Of a stretch of 64,000 bases of DNA, positions 16,465-25,950 are shown one piece after another. The position numbers and the translations under genes are program-made. How positions within the stretch are numbered: position 1 is the stretch's first letter; each line of letters opens with the position of its first letter. The stretch spans positions 249,598-313,597 of the IMG/VR virus record IMGVR_UViG_3300037054_000148, one strand, 5' to 3'. The notes beneath the pieces are model-generated. The model was not told the origin of the DNA and ran no database searches. It worked only from the letters and a program-made list of their open reading frames with translations.

Positions 16465-16586
16465 GTCTAGTAACTTAGTAATTGCAAGGGTTACATAGCT
16501 GGGTCTTTAATTAGGTGTTGCAGGATGCCTCACATGAGGCAATCCGCATGTTCTCGACTTTTTGGTATATTTGTAAGGAGAAGGAC

Positions 16587-16925
16587 ATGGATAAACCCTC
16601 AGATGTAGAAGTAATTCAAGAAAGTGTAGTAAAGTTAGGGGCCATTCTCTGTAGCAAACTGAACCTCCTGAAGGGGGTGAATGATGAGGTTATGGAGCAG
16701 ATTGAAGACATTCGAACAGCCCTTGAAGCCTCCCTTGAATCTCATTCCGAGATCAGACAGAACCAGACCCAAATCCAAATGACCCAAGCGAAGTATATGA
16801 CAGAGCATGAGCGAATGAATGAAAGTGTAGTAGCCATATTGGCTGGGCTAAGGGGCTCTATCAACGGGCTAGGTGTTCAGATGAGGGAAATCAAGGGACT
16901 CCTGGAGAAAGACAGGTCAGTTTAA
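16587..16925 (+). CDS. Coiled-coil hypothetical protein
   Basis: AAGGAG RBS. Confidence 0.65.
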   Translation: MDKPSDVEVIQESVVKLGAILCSKLNLLKGVNDEVMEQIEDIRTALEASLESHSEIRQNQTQIQMTQAKYMTEHERMNESVVAILAGLRGSINGLGVQMREIKGLLEKDRSV

Positions 16926-16968
16926 AAATCGTAATACCCCGTCCCTTAGTAGAATCTCGGGAGGGATT

Positions 16969-17739
16969 ATGCACACTCCACGCTACGGCTGGCACCCAGA
17001 CTTACCTGATTTCCGTGACTTCCGTTTAACTGCGGCAGCCGCACACACGACCACCCCAGATGTGCTGGATCTCCGTCCAAAGATGCCCGTGGTTTACGAC
17101 CAGGGTGATTTAGGAAGCTGCACTGGTAACTCTAGTGCCGCTGCATTCGAGTACGATTTGATTAGGCAAGGATTGCCTAGCTGGACTCCAAGTCGTCTGG
17201 GCATCTACTATGATGAACGAGTCCTTGAAGGGACTGTCAGCACAGATGCGGGGGCACAAATTCGTGATGCTGTCAAAGTCCTAGCCACGAATGGGGCCGC
17301 ACCTGAGACTTTGTGGCCTTATGTCCCAGCAAATTTCGCTATGGCCCCTCCGGCTGTCTATGTGAAGACGGCTGCTCAGGACTTAGCCCTCCAGTATGCC
17401 CGTGTCGATCAATCTCAGCTTGGAATTGAAGGATGCCTGTCTAAGGGCTATCCGGTTATTTTCGGGTTTACCGTATACTCTTCATTTGAATCAGAGGCCG
17501 TAGCACGGACAGGGGTCATGCCGATGCCCTCCTCCAAGGAAAAATGCTTAGGGGGCCACGCAGTGCTTTGTGTCGGCTACGAGCGTTCCAAGCGGATGTT
17601 CATTATCCGTAACTCATGGGGAGTGGGGTGGGGGGATAAGGGATACTTCTATATGCCTTATAACTACCTACTCAACGCTAACCTAGCTGATGACCTTTGG
17701 GCTCTCTACACGGTCGAAGAGGCAGGTAAGCAAGCCTAG
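16969..17739 (+). CDS. Papain-family (C1) cysteine peptidase
   Basis: DQGDLGSCTGN (Gln/Cys), GGHAVLCVGY (His), IRNSWG (Asn). Confidence 0.93.
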   Translation: MHTPRYGWHPDLPDFRDFRLTAAAAHTTTPDVLDLRPKMPVVYDQGDLGSCTGNSSAAAFEYDLIRQGLPSWTPSRLGIYYDERVLEGTVSTDAGAQIRDAVKVLATNGAAPETLWPYVPANFAMAPPAVYVKTAAQDLALQYARVDQSQLGIEGCLSKGYPVIFGFTVYSSFESEAVARTGVMPMPSSKEKCLGGHAVLCVGYERSKRMFIIRNSWGVGWGDKGYFYMPYNYLLNANLADDLWALYTVEEAGKQA

Positions 17740-17798
17740 GATCTAGACCAGACACAGGGTGGGAAAGTGACTATTCACTTCTAGAAGTGGAGGCTGTT

Positions 17799-18530
17799 AT
17801 GAAACAAGCCAAAGTCAATCTCGATGGAGCAGCCCTTTCTCTACTCCACCCACTAGTGAGCGGGGCCACCACCCTGGCTCTACGCTGCCGTGAGGCACAC
17901 TGGAATGTCAAGGGACCAAATTTCGGTCCTCTCCATGAACTGTTTGGTGACTTTTACGACTTCATGAACGATTGGGCTGACACCCTTGCCGAACGAGTCG
18001 TTCAGCAAGGAGGAGCCGCTTGGGCTCTGGATAGCTATACGGGGCCTGGGCTCATCGGGGACGAGAAGTTTCTACTGGAAAATATCGCTATCGCAGGGAA
18101 TTCCCTGGCTACAATTGTGCATACTACTATCCCTAAGCTAGGGGACGATGAGACTAGCAAGGATGTGCTGATTGAATTTGGCCGAGAGCTTGAGAAATGG
18201 GTTTGGAAGATTGAGGCGCATCTGATGGAGTTTAAACGGTTAGGTGAGGCTAAACCTGAAACAGAAGTAGCGGAAGAGACCATCGCAGGCCCTGTTAAAG
18301 GCACTGGGCGATTCCTCACGGAGGGGGAAATCAGGGCAGCCGCACAGACCCCCACTAAAGACTTCAGCGCCATCGTAACAGCTAGATCTATTCTGGTTAA
18401 ATCTGCATCAGGGCACATTTATGCATTTGATGAGAACGTGATGCCGATTTCCAAGGCAAAAGATCCTTCCGAACAGGATGAGGCTCAGCGGTGGTTACAG
18501 GAAAACTTCAATGAGGTTCTTGGCGATTGA
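17799..18530 (+). CDS. dps: Dps/ferritin-like protein with C-terminal extension
   Basis: AHWNVKGPNFGPLHELF...WADTLAERV Dps signature; GGAGG RBS. Confidence 0.82.
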   Translation: MKQAKVNLDGAALSLLHPLVSGATTLALRCREAHWNVKGPNFGPLHELFGDFYDFMNDWADTLAERVVQQGGAAWALDSYTGPGLIGDEKFLLENIAIAGNSLATIVHTTIPKLGDDETSKDVLIEFGRELEKWVWKIEAHLMEFKRLGEAKPETEVAEETIAGPVKGTGRFLTEGEIRAAAQTPTKDFSAIVTARSILVKSASGHIYAFDENVMPISKAKDPSEQDEAQRWLQENFNEVLGD

Positions 18531-18562
18531 CCAGAACGCAGTAACATCCCTAAGAGGCCGTA

Positions 18563-18892
18563 ATGGAAATCTCCAAGAAATCTGAATTGCTCAACCATGA
18601 TTTGGTCAACATGCTCCAGACAAACGTCGAAGGGCAATTGAGTTTCAAGAATATGAACAAAATCGAGTGGAACAACCTTAGCCCAGAGTCCAAGGCCGAG
18701 TTCTTTATGAGAAATGTGTTTCACGATGGTGTGGACCCCCGCATAAAAGATCAGATTAACGGGGAAATTGACAAACGGGTAGACGTTGCAAAGAACGACC
18801 TACTCCAAAAGGTGGATAACGAAGTCCGCAACGGTGCGATGTCTGAAGTGATCAAACAACTCGTTTCAGAAATCAATTTTACGGAGATTTGA
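18563..18892 (+). CDS. Hypothetical protein
   Basis: GAGG RBS. Confidence 0.6.
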   Translation: MEISKKSELLNHDLVNMLQTNVEGQLSFKNMNKIEWNNLSPESKAEFFMRNVFHDGVDPRIKDQINGEIDKRVDVAKNDLLQKVDNEVRNGAMSEVIKQLVSEINFTEI

Positions 18893-18895
18893 AAT

Positions 18896-18976
18896 AGTTT
18901 TGTATAATAATTGTATTCAAAACTGAACAAATCAAGGTATAATACTAGAGCAGGGGTCGCATCCTTGCTCTTTTCC
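18896..18976 (+). promoter_or_regulatory. Operator-like palindrome, TATAAT promoter and leader terminator-like hairpin
   Basis: AGTTTTG-N15-CAAAACT; TATAAT 18938-18943; GAGCAGGG/CCTTGCTC hairpin + TTTT (18948-18974). Confidence 0.5.
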
Positions 18977-18990
18977 AACTAAGGAGAAAC

Positions 18991-19656
18991 ATGAGCGAAG
19001 AACCAACGATTCACCAAGTAGTCCCCATTTCCATCCTCAAGACCTCCCACATTCCCAGCAGCATCATCTCTGCTCTGGTGAGCGCCCTGGTCGTCCTTGC
19101 TGGGTTGTTTGGTGTCTACACCATGATTCGGAATGCCCAGAAGGACCACATGGAACTGGTCGCGGCACTGAGTCAGAACAATCAGGAAGCAGTATTGCTT
19201 AAAGTTGTCGATGAAAAACTGTCTCTTCCAATGGAGACCAAAGTCCTCATCGCTAGAACTCTGAAGAACATGGTCACAGTCAAACAAATCCCCCTTTCCC
19301 TGGCCTGTGGCCTAATTCACGTAGAGACAGGGGGCACCTGGAGGACCGATCTGATCAGTCCAGCGGGTGCGACTGGCCTCCTACAGGTCATGCCAGCTAC
19401 CGGGAAACCCTACCTGCGATCAGAGCGGATCGATCCGACTAAGAAGGCTCTGATGGATCCGATCAATAGCATCATCGCTGGCATTGGAGCCCTGGCAGAC
19501 TTTCATGATATGGCCGTGGACCTTGGGTTGGAGAAGTCGGACCAGTATGGTGTAAGTCTGGCCATGTATAACCAGGGTCCAAAAGTAAATCGGCCCACTC
19601 AATACTCCAAAGAAGTGCTGGAAGCCTCAAAGTTGTATAAGGCCATGGGGCTGTAA
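18991..19656 (+). CDS. Membrane-anchored lytic transglycosylase (SLT domain)
   Basis: TM helix; IHVETGG (catalytic Glu), GATGLLQVMPAT, MYNQG. Confidence 0.85.
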   Translation: MSEEPTIHQVVPISILKTSHIPSSIISALVSALVVLAGLFGVYTMIRNAQKDHMELVAALSQNNQEAVLLKVVDEKLSLPMETKVLIARTLKNMVTVKQIPLSLACGLIHVETGGTWRTDLISPAGATGLLQVMPATGKPYLRSERIDPTKKALMDPINSIIAGIGALADFHDMAVDLGLEKSDQYGVSLAMYNQGPKVNRPTQYSKEVLEASKLYKAMGL

Positions 19657-19685
19657 ACGAGTAATAAGTAAAAGGAGTTTTACCT

Positions 19686-19955
19686 ATGCATATTGTCACT
19701 CTTCCGAATAAAGAACACTACGAGTATCTAATGTTTGTTTTTCACAAACACGCAGGATCTGGTCTCGATCCGGAAGAGTTGGCGATTGCGGGGCAAGTAT
19801 GGAGCTTCCTGAAAAATTCCAGAGAAATTCTGCCCCCTGCCCAAGAAAAAGGTGAGCCGGAGACCATTCAGATTCCTGGGCCACTACAGATCGTCCACGA
19901 AGGGGACGTAAGTATGCCGTCCAATGAGGTGGGTCGTTCCGAGAGAGGGCAGTAA
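19686..19955 (+). CDS. Hypothetical protein
   Basis: AAGGAG RBS after GAGTAATAA motif. Confidence 0.6.
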   Translation: MHIVTLPNKEHYEYLMFVFHKHAGSGLDPEELAIAGQVWSFLKNSREILPPAQEKGEPETIQIPGPLQIVHEGDVSMPSNEVGRSERGQ

Positions 19956-19959
19956 CCCG

Positions 19960-20496
19960 CTAGCTTTTCCCCAGTTTTGCTAGAATCTCAGCCTTGTACT
20001 GATGAATTCGTTTAACGTAATCAATGGTTTGCTGAGCATTTTTGTGTGTGATATTCGGTAAGGCTTGCTGCCAAGTCGTATTTCCACCAAGTTGCTCAGC
20101 TAACCATACAGCTTTATCATAATTTCCAGGTCCAGCATTGTAGCTGGCCAAAGCTCCATCCCAAGTATTCGTTGGATCTATCCTGACAGCACCTTCTTCA
20201 AGATATACCATGTAACGAGAGTTGGCACTGATGGACGCCTCGGGGTTCTTAGGGTCGGCCCCTTTTGGCTTCCCCCAGATTTTCCATGTGTCCATGGTGA
20301 ATTGGGATAAGCCGAAGGCACAGGGGACTTTCTCCCCTTTCTTGTTGATGATAAAGGACTGGGCATTGGGGTTGAAATTAGACTCCGCCTTAATTTGGCT
20401 GGCCCTATCCACCCATCTGGCTCCGTCATACTGCACAAGCAAGCTCTGGTAAGGGACCACCAGAACCACACTGAAGCATAGATTGCGGAACCACAT
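19960..20496 (-). CDS. SLT-domain endolysin candidate with hydrophobic N-terminus
   Basis: AESNFNPNAQS, GLSQF, ALASYNAGPGN; directly downstream of a membrane protein. Confidence 0.85.
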   Translation of the reverse strand: MWFRNLCFSVVLVVPYQSLLVQYDGARWVDRASQIKAESNFNPNAQSFIINKKGEKVPCAFGLSQFTMDTWKIWGKPKGADPKNPEASISANSRYMVYLEEGAVRIDPTNTWDGALASYNAGPGNYDKAVWLAEQLGGNTTWQQALPNITHKNAQQTIDYVKRIHQYKAEILAKLGKS

Positions 20497-20505
20497 AAGG
20501 CCCCC

Positions 20506-20940
20506 TTATTTGAGCAAAGCCTGAATGAGGGAGTTCAAAATTGCACCAACCAGAGCGGCGAGGAGTATGCCTCCGTTGGAGATCTTTCGACTCTTTACCT
20601 CTTCAGAATCTTCTTCAATTGGCTCTAAATACTGCTTACCCAGGCGGGAGTTTTCTGCTATATTAAATAGCGTAGCGGCAGAGAGAAACCCCAGAGCGAT
20701 AACCGGAAGTGCCATCAGCAACCTCACTAAAGTGAGACGAGCACTAACTACTGCTTGCCACCATGCAGAGTCTGAAGTGACAGGAGTATGGGAAGCATAG
20801 GCAGCCAATGCGACAAAAAATGCTAGAAGACCGCAGGCTACCCAAATCAATATTTTGTTGATATGAGATCTACGCTGGGGATCGATTTTTGAACTGTCGG
20901 AGAACAGATCTTTGATTAAACTTTTTGCCCACTTATTCAT
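20506..20940 (-). CDS. Holin-like membrane protein (3 TM)
   Basis: Three hydrophobic segments; upstream of endolysin; GAGGAG RBS. Confidence 0.55.
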   Translation of the reverse strand: MNKWAKSLIKDLFSDSSKIDPQRRSHINKILIWVACGLLAFFVALAAYASHTPVTSDSAWWQAVVSARLTLVRLLMALPVIALGFLSAATLFNIAENSRLGKQYLEPIEEDSEEVKSRKISNGGILLAALVGAILNSLIQALLK

Positions 20941-20970
20941 TTGAGACTCCTCACCCTGGTATCAGAAAGT

Positions 20971-22047
20971 TTAAGTTGTTGCTGTATCTATAAAAATGAA
21001 GTCCTTAACAAAATCTACGTTCAAAACTACTAAGGCCGTGGACCCTGTTCCGGGGGCGGGAGAAAATGTTACTGATAGAACACCTGAGCTAAAGTCCACA
21101 CTACTAGGGATAAAAGCAGCCCCAGAGATACCAAACGTATCCGAGTAGGCACTACTCACTCCTTTTTTAAATATCATCCACATACTCATGTTGTCCACCT
21201 GATCCAAGATAGCAATAGACTGGTCGGTCACAAGGATCAAGGCGTTTGTAGGGAACCCTTGTGTGTCCCCTCTAGTGGTCTTATCACCCCCTCCGGTAGC
21301 CTCCGAGAACCATGGAGCAATCAGGGTTGGATTTTGAACTCCAGAAGTGTAGTAAAACCCGTCTGCCGCATAACCAGTCAACCCACCGGCAAACGTTGGG
21401 TTATAAAATAAATCTGTGCTTTGTGCAGGGACCAGACAAGAGCAATATACATTATTTCCGTATAGTTGGATATCCCCCAGGAGATCCTGAGAAAAACTGG
21501 AAATAAGGGGGGGATAAGATGAAACGGGGAGATTCAGAATGGTGCTAACATAAACATTATCAATATTAAATGTAATGCCTTGATTAAAGAATAGCTGAGT
21601 AGAAGTGAAAATCAGCGTAATAGTTTGTCCAGCAAACATTGATAAATCATACACACCCTGTTGCACCCAGCCCTTACCTACAAGTGGACTTCCGATGTTG
21701 TAAGTCGCCACAGTAGTGTAGTTACTGAAATGGTCTTCCACTTCGACGGTTAAGCTACAAGAGGGGTTGAGCAGGCTATCAGGGTGGGTTAGGCTATCGT
21801 CTATCTGTAAAACATAGGAGAGGGAGGCCGTGGAGAGGGGGGGGATGGTGAGGGACTGATAAATTATATCTATCTGGTTGTCTGAAATATTATGTCCACA
21901 TAAAGAGGCGCACCATTGCCCTGAGTAGGCTTCAGTATGGTTCATTAAAATATAAGGGGACTCAACGGTCCAGGCGGAGGGGTTGGACCCATCTGGATTA
22001 TTCTGAATCTCGAATCCTGGGTTTACAATGAGTTGTTGGGTAATCAT
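20971..22047 (-). CDS. Putative virion protein with carbohydrate-binding-like N-terminal domain
   Basis: LIVNPGFE...W...AYSGQW...IDNVYV jelly-roll pattern. Confidence 0.65.
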   Translation of the reverse strand: MITQQLIVNPGFEIQNNPDGSNPSAWTVESPYILMNHTEAYSGQWCASLCGHNISDNQIDIIYQSLTIPPLSTASLSYVLQIDDSLTHPDSLLNPSCSLTVEVEDHFSNYTTVATYNIGSPLVGKGWVQQGVYDLSMFAGQTITLIFTSTQLFFNQGITFNIDNVYVSTILNLPVSSYPPLISSFSQDLLGDIQLYGNNVYCSCLVPAQSTDLFYNPTFAGGLTGYAADGFYYTSGVQNPTLIAPWFSEATGGGDKTTRGDTQGFPTNALILVTDQSIAILDQVDNMSMWMIFKKGVSSAYSDTFGISGAAFIPSSVDFSSGVLSVTFSPAPGTGSTALVVLNVDFVKDFIFIDTATT

Positions 22048-22109
22048 GTGCGCTCCACATAAAAGGAATACAGAGTTCTTTCTTGAAGCTGATTTTTAAG
22101 GTGGCGTTC

Positions 22110-25100
22110 ATGTCCCAAAAGATTTACCCATTAGGATCTACCAGCAGAACCTTGGACCCCAGCGGACGAAGTTTTACAACGGTAGTCGGCAAGCATGACA
22201 AACGCATCACCGATGCGGATATCAATCTAATCCAGGACTTGCAGGATCTGAAAAGATACCTGCTCACGGAGAATATGGTCTTTTCTGGAGCACTCCAGGC
22301 TAACCCCTATATTTTCAACGAAGCGCAGGAACAGGTGTTCCTCATTCCTGCTTTCGATGTGATGTTTAATGGTGAGACTGTGACACTGGGTGGGTGCCGC
22401 TCCACAGACTTAGCTATGAACAAAGTAGTCTTACCGGCCCCTAATCCCTGGTCTTATGGAGAGGGCTCAGACTCGGCAGCTATTTATGTGGTCTTTGCAG
22501 AGCTTTGGTATCAGGCCCTAAACCCCTCTAATGGACAAGGTTACTTCGTTGATGTGACTGGGGCCAGATGGATATATGCGTTAGGCTGCATCGACTGTGA
22601 CCCCTCTAATTTGATTGCTGATGATGTGTTGGATCCGTTCCAAGGCTTGAACACAACTTCTCGGGCGCAAGTTCAATGGAATATTCGTATCGTCCGAGTA
22701 CCTCTCAGCTACGATTTCACTCAACGCAGATTTGGACTCGACTCTTTGGGGACCACAGAGGATGCGGTCTTCGGACAGGCGATGCTGGCATCCCCTCCGG
22801 CGCAGATTATCCCTGACCAAGACGCTGGTTATCCGTTTGTAAACATGGGTCAGGTCAACGGCGATTTTGGCCTCTGGCAGGCTGGAACAGGGATCCCGAC
22901 ATCCGGAGCCCCTCCCATCCCCACTCTGGACGGCTACAGCTACGCTATGCCCCTTGCAGTGGTGTTCCAGCGCAATCTTGGGGTATTTGACCCCTCAGTG
23001 AACCCTAATGGCTGTGCTAGCTCTCAGATCTCCAATAGCGGTCTTCTGGCCTCTGGTGTGTCGGGGCGCTATGATTACAAATATGCAGATGCAGTTTATC
23101 CAGAAGATGTGGTAGACACCCGACTGTCAGTCAGCCTCAACGGCTACGATTGGGATAAACTTCTACAAAGCGGGTTTGTGGATATCGTTAACGGGAACAT
23201 CGCTCAGAAAATTGGAAGAGGTGAAATCCCAGGAGCCTCCCCTTCTGTTATGGGGTCGGTCCTTCCATATACAGTGACACTTGGCCCCCAGGATACCTCT
23301 AATACAGACTATCTCGGGCCATTTGACGGCTATATGAATGGCTTTGGTGCAGATATTCGAACCTTCTATTCAATTCAGGCCATCTCAATCAACGAGAAAG
23401 TAACGGGAACCAATGGGGTCAGATGGAGCAAAGGTGATAGTATCACCATTAATCTGGACAGCACGAACACTCGACTCGGTGCCACCATCTCTTACTTAAT
23501 GGTGCAGGCTCAGGTTACTCAAACAAACGGCTCAATTAACCCAGTCCTCCTTCTGAGTGGTCAAATAACCACCACCGGAGTGGGGGGCCGCACTGCCACC
23601 GCAACCTTTAACAGTAACCTATCTGGCACCGCTTTTGATCCGGGTGTAAATGATCTTTATGTGACAATTGGAGTCCTCTACCCCGCAGGGTCTAATTATT
23701 CATTACGCCAGATCCCCACCAGCATCATGGGGGGCTCACTCTATGACGGTCAGATTAACAAAACCTTCCCAATCTTTGGCGTCTCAGAGTACGAGACATT
23801 CCAGCCGATTACTAATCAAAATAACCCATTGAGTGCTTACAACCCCTTGTACTCTAACAAAATATTTGGCACCAGGGCGAGTATTCCTGTGCCTGCCTCT
23901 AGCGGAGTCCCCACTACCTACGATAGCCTAAGTGTCTTGGAATTCACCATCCCTAGAACAAACATTAATGGCTATGTAAACTTCAATGGGATTTTCATTG
24001 TAAGCGCCACTGACTTAGCCTCTGGGGCAAATTATTCCATCTATTACACAGCAGTGGACGCGACTAATTTATATGTGATGACCCAACAGGTTCCATCCAC
24101 TATAAACCTTGTGTTCACTGTACTGCTGAATCAAACAGCCCAACTCAGTTACAACCCAGCCGTCAAAGCTGTGTCTTCTATCAGTGAAACTGTGTTGTTT
24201 GGAAACTACCAGAACTCCTCTAGCAGTCTGTTCCCCCTGGACCCCAGAATTAGCCTTCTCAGTTCCACTCAGATTGGCACCGGCTCCACGGCCACCACTT
24301 CGCTGATCTTCGGAACCACCGATGGGACACTTACGGGCGTGGGTGGCAGCCCTCTCAACAAATACATTTTTGTTGCGGATGACCCATCATTCCCTCAAAA
24401 ATTCAAGGCTTACCCATTATTGAGTGTTCAATTTTTCAACGGAATCACTACTGTAACTGTTCCAGCCACGGCAAATGTCGCAGTCTACCCCTACTTTATG
24501 GTGGGCTCTGTTAACCCCTCCTTTAGCATAAACTCTTCTTTGGCCATAGCCATGGAGTACCTACCCTACCAAGGTGAAGGGGACGCTACCCATACTTACA
24601 CACTTCTTCATTCAGAAGATACAGCCATGGTGACGACCAATGGAACGGGAGCCGCCCCCATCGTCGGGCTAAAGGATGTGTATCCTTATAATAGAGAGCT
24701 TCCAATTATCACCACTTTGCCCTCCCAACCTACTTGGAATGACTCGGACCTCACCAATCAGGCCATCGGAAATTATTTTGGCAATAACTACGAGGCGAAA
24801 CGCTTTAATAACGTGGAACATACTTTCTTCACCCCCCTTCACACCAACGATTTCATCGAGCCGGTTGGTGGCTGGAAGCGTAAATTAATTCAATTATCGT
24901 ACCCAGCGGGTCGTGGTTTTGCGAAAATCGCCCCCCATGTAGGATTTGCCATCACTTCTCCGACCCCTGAGTCCTCTCTCTCCAATGGAGGTGTCATGAC
25001 TATCGCCCCCATCAATCTATACGTTAACAACGTTAGCGGGAATGACGGGAATGACGGTCTTACCGCTCAGACACCGAAATTGACAATATACGGTGCGCTA

Positions 25101-25919
25101 TCTGTTCTCCCTCCGATCCTTCTTCATCCGTGTGCAGTGTATCTGGTGCAGACCGGAACCCCATTCTCTGTGCAAAATCTGTTCAACACCTCTAGTCTTA
25201 GGGATGTCTTCCTAGGGGATGGCACAATTTCTCCGGTGGCGAACTCTTGCATCGCGGGTCTCTCCTACACCGTTCAGGATGAGGGACGCCTTTATATTGG
25301 CAGAGCCCCAGGCGACTCGGGATATATGACTATTACGGCAGTAGGTTATACCCCAAATGACACCCCACTCTCCGCCTTTGTTATAAATAATTCCCGTGTG
25401 TTGTTCAATGGGGTAGCCTTTGATTCATTCCCTGCTGGTAACCCCGCAATTTATGGAGTTGACGCACAAATTGATTTTTCAGATTGTAAATGGACAAATA
25501 ATCAGCAGGCAGGGGGATTTGTAGATTGCTCTGTTAACGTAAGCAAGGGCACCCTTTCAATTGGAACTGGAGTCGGATTTTATCTGAGCGATTCCTCAAT
25601 GACTGTTTCAGGACTGCAACTTATGGCCGCTGGATCCCCAAACAGTCCCGTCTTCTTTGATATAGAACTCACTTCTAATCTAACTCTTGAGAACCATGGA
25701 GTCGGGGAAGAGATGAATGTGACTAACGTGACTCCGGTTGTCTTGGCCTCCTTGGGCTCTACGGTAGTTTGCAACAGTCAGTCACCATGGACCTCAAACG
25801 GCTCTGCTACCATCACTACTCGTTCCACCCTTGTAAGATCGGCCAACGCAACCCCATTTGCGGGAGGAGTTCTGATTGATAGCAGTTCTACTCAACTGAC
25901 AGACAACTCCAATTCCTGA
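22110..25919 (+). CDS. Large tail/baseplate-associated protein with C-terminal beta-helix-like region
   Basis: ~1270 aa; N-terminal D.DINL.QD motif; LYVNNVSGNDGNDGLT..TP..TI motif precedes beta-helix-like repeats. Confidence 0.75.
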   Translation: MSQKIYPLGSTSRTLDPSGRSFTTVVGKHDKRITDADINLIQDLQDLKRYLLTENMVFSGALQANPYIFNEAQEQVFLIPAFDVMFNGETVTLGGCRSTDLAMNKVVLPAPNPWSYGEGSDSAAIYVVFAELWYQALNPSNGQGYFVDVTGARWIYALGCIDCDPSNLIADDVLDPFQGLNTTSRAQVQWNIRIVRVPLSYDFTQRRFGLDSLGTTEDAVFGQAMLASPPAQIIPDQDAGYPFVNMGQVNGDFGLWQAGTGIPTSGAPPIPTLDGYSYAMPLAVVFQRNLGVFDPSVNPNGCASSQISNSGLLASGVSGRYDYKYADAVYPEDVVDTRLSVSLNGYDWDKLLQSGFVDIVNGNIAQKIGRGEIPGASPSVMGSVLPYTVTLGPQDTSNTDYLGPFDGYMNGFGADIRTFYSIQAISINEKVTGTNGVRWSKGDSITINLDSTNTRLGATISYLMVQAQVTQTNGSINPVLLLSGQITTTGVGGRTATATFNSNLSGTAFDPGVNDLYVTIGVLYPAGSNYSLRQIPTSIMGGSLYDGQINKTFPIFGVSEYETFQPITNQNNPLSAYNPLYSNKIFGTRASIPVPASSGVPTTYDSLSVLEFTIPRTNINGYVNFNGIFIVSATDLASGANYSIYYTAVDATNLYVMTQQVPSTINLVFTVLLNQTAQLSYNPAVKAVSSISETVLFGNYQNSSSSLFPLDPRISLLSSTQIGTGSTATTSLIFGTTDGTLTGVGGSPLNKYIFVADDPSFPQKFKAYPLLSVQFFNGITTVTVPATANVAVYPYFMVGSVNPSFSINSSLAIAMEYLPYQGEGDATHTYTLLHSEDTAMVTTNGTGAAPIVGLKDVYPYNRELPIITTLPSQPTWNDSDLTNQAIGNYFGNNYEAKRFNNVEHTFFTPLHTNDFIEPVGGWKRKLIQLSYPAGRGFAKIAPHVGFAITSPTPESSLSNGGVMTIAPINLYVNNVSGNDGNDGLTAQTPKLTIYGALSVLPPILLHPCAVYLVQTGTPFSVQNLFNTSSLRDVFLGDGTISPVANSCIAGLSYTVQDEGRLYIGRAPGDSGYMTITAVGYTPNDTPLSAFVINNSRVLFNGVAFDSFPAGNPAIYGVDAQIDFSDCKWTNNQQAGGFVDCSVNVSKGTLSIGTGVGFYLSDSSMTVSGLQLMAAGSPNSPVFFDIELTSNLTLENHGVGEEMNVTNVTPVVLASLGSTVVCNSQSPWTSNGSATITTRSTLVRSANATPFAGGVLIDSSSTQLTDNSNS

Positions 25920-25950
25920 ATACCGACCGCTCTTATGAGGACTTGAAACG

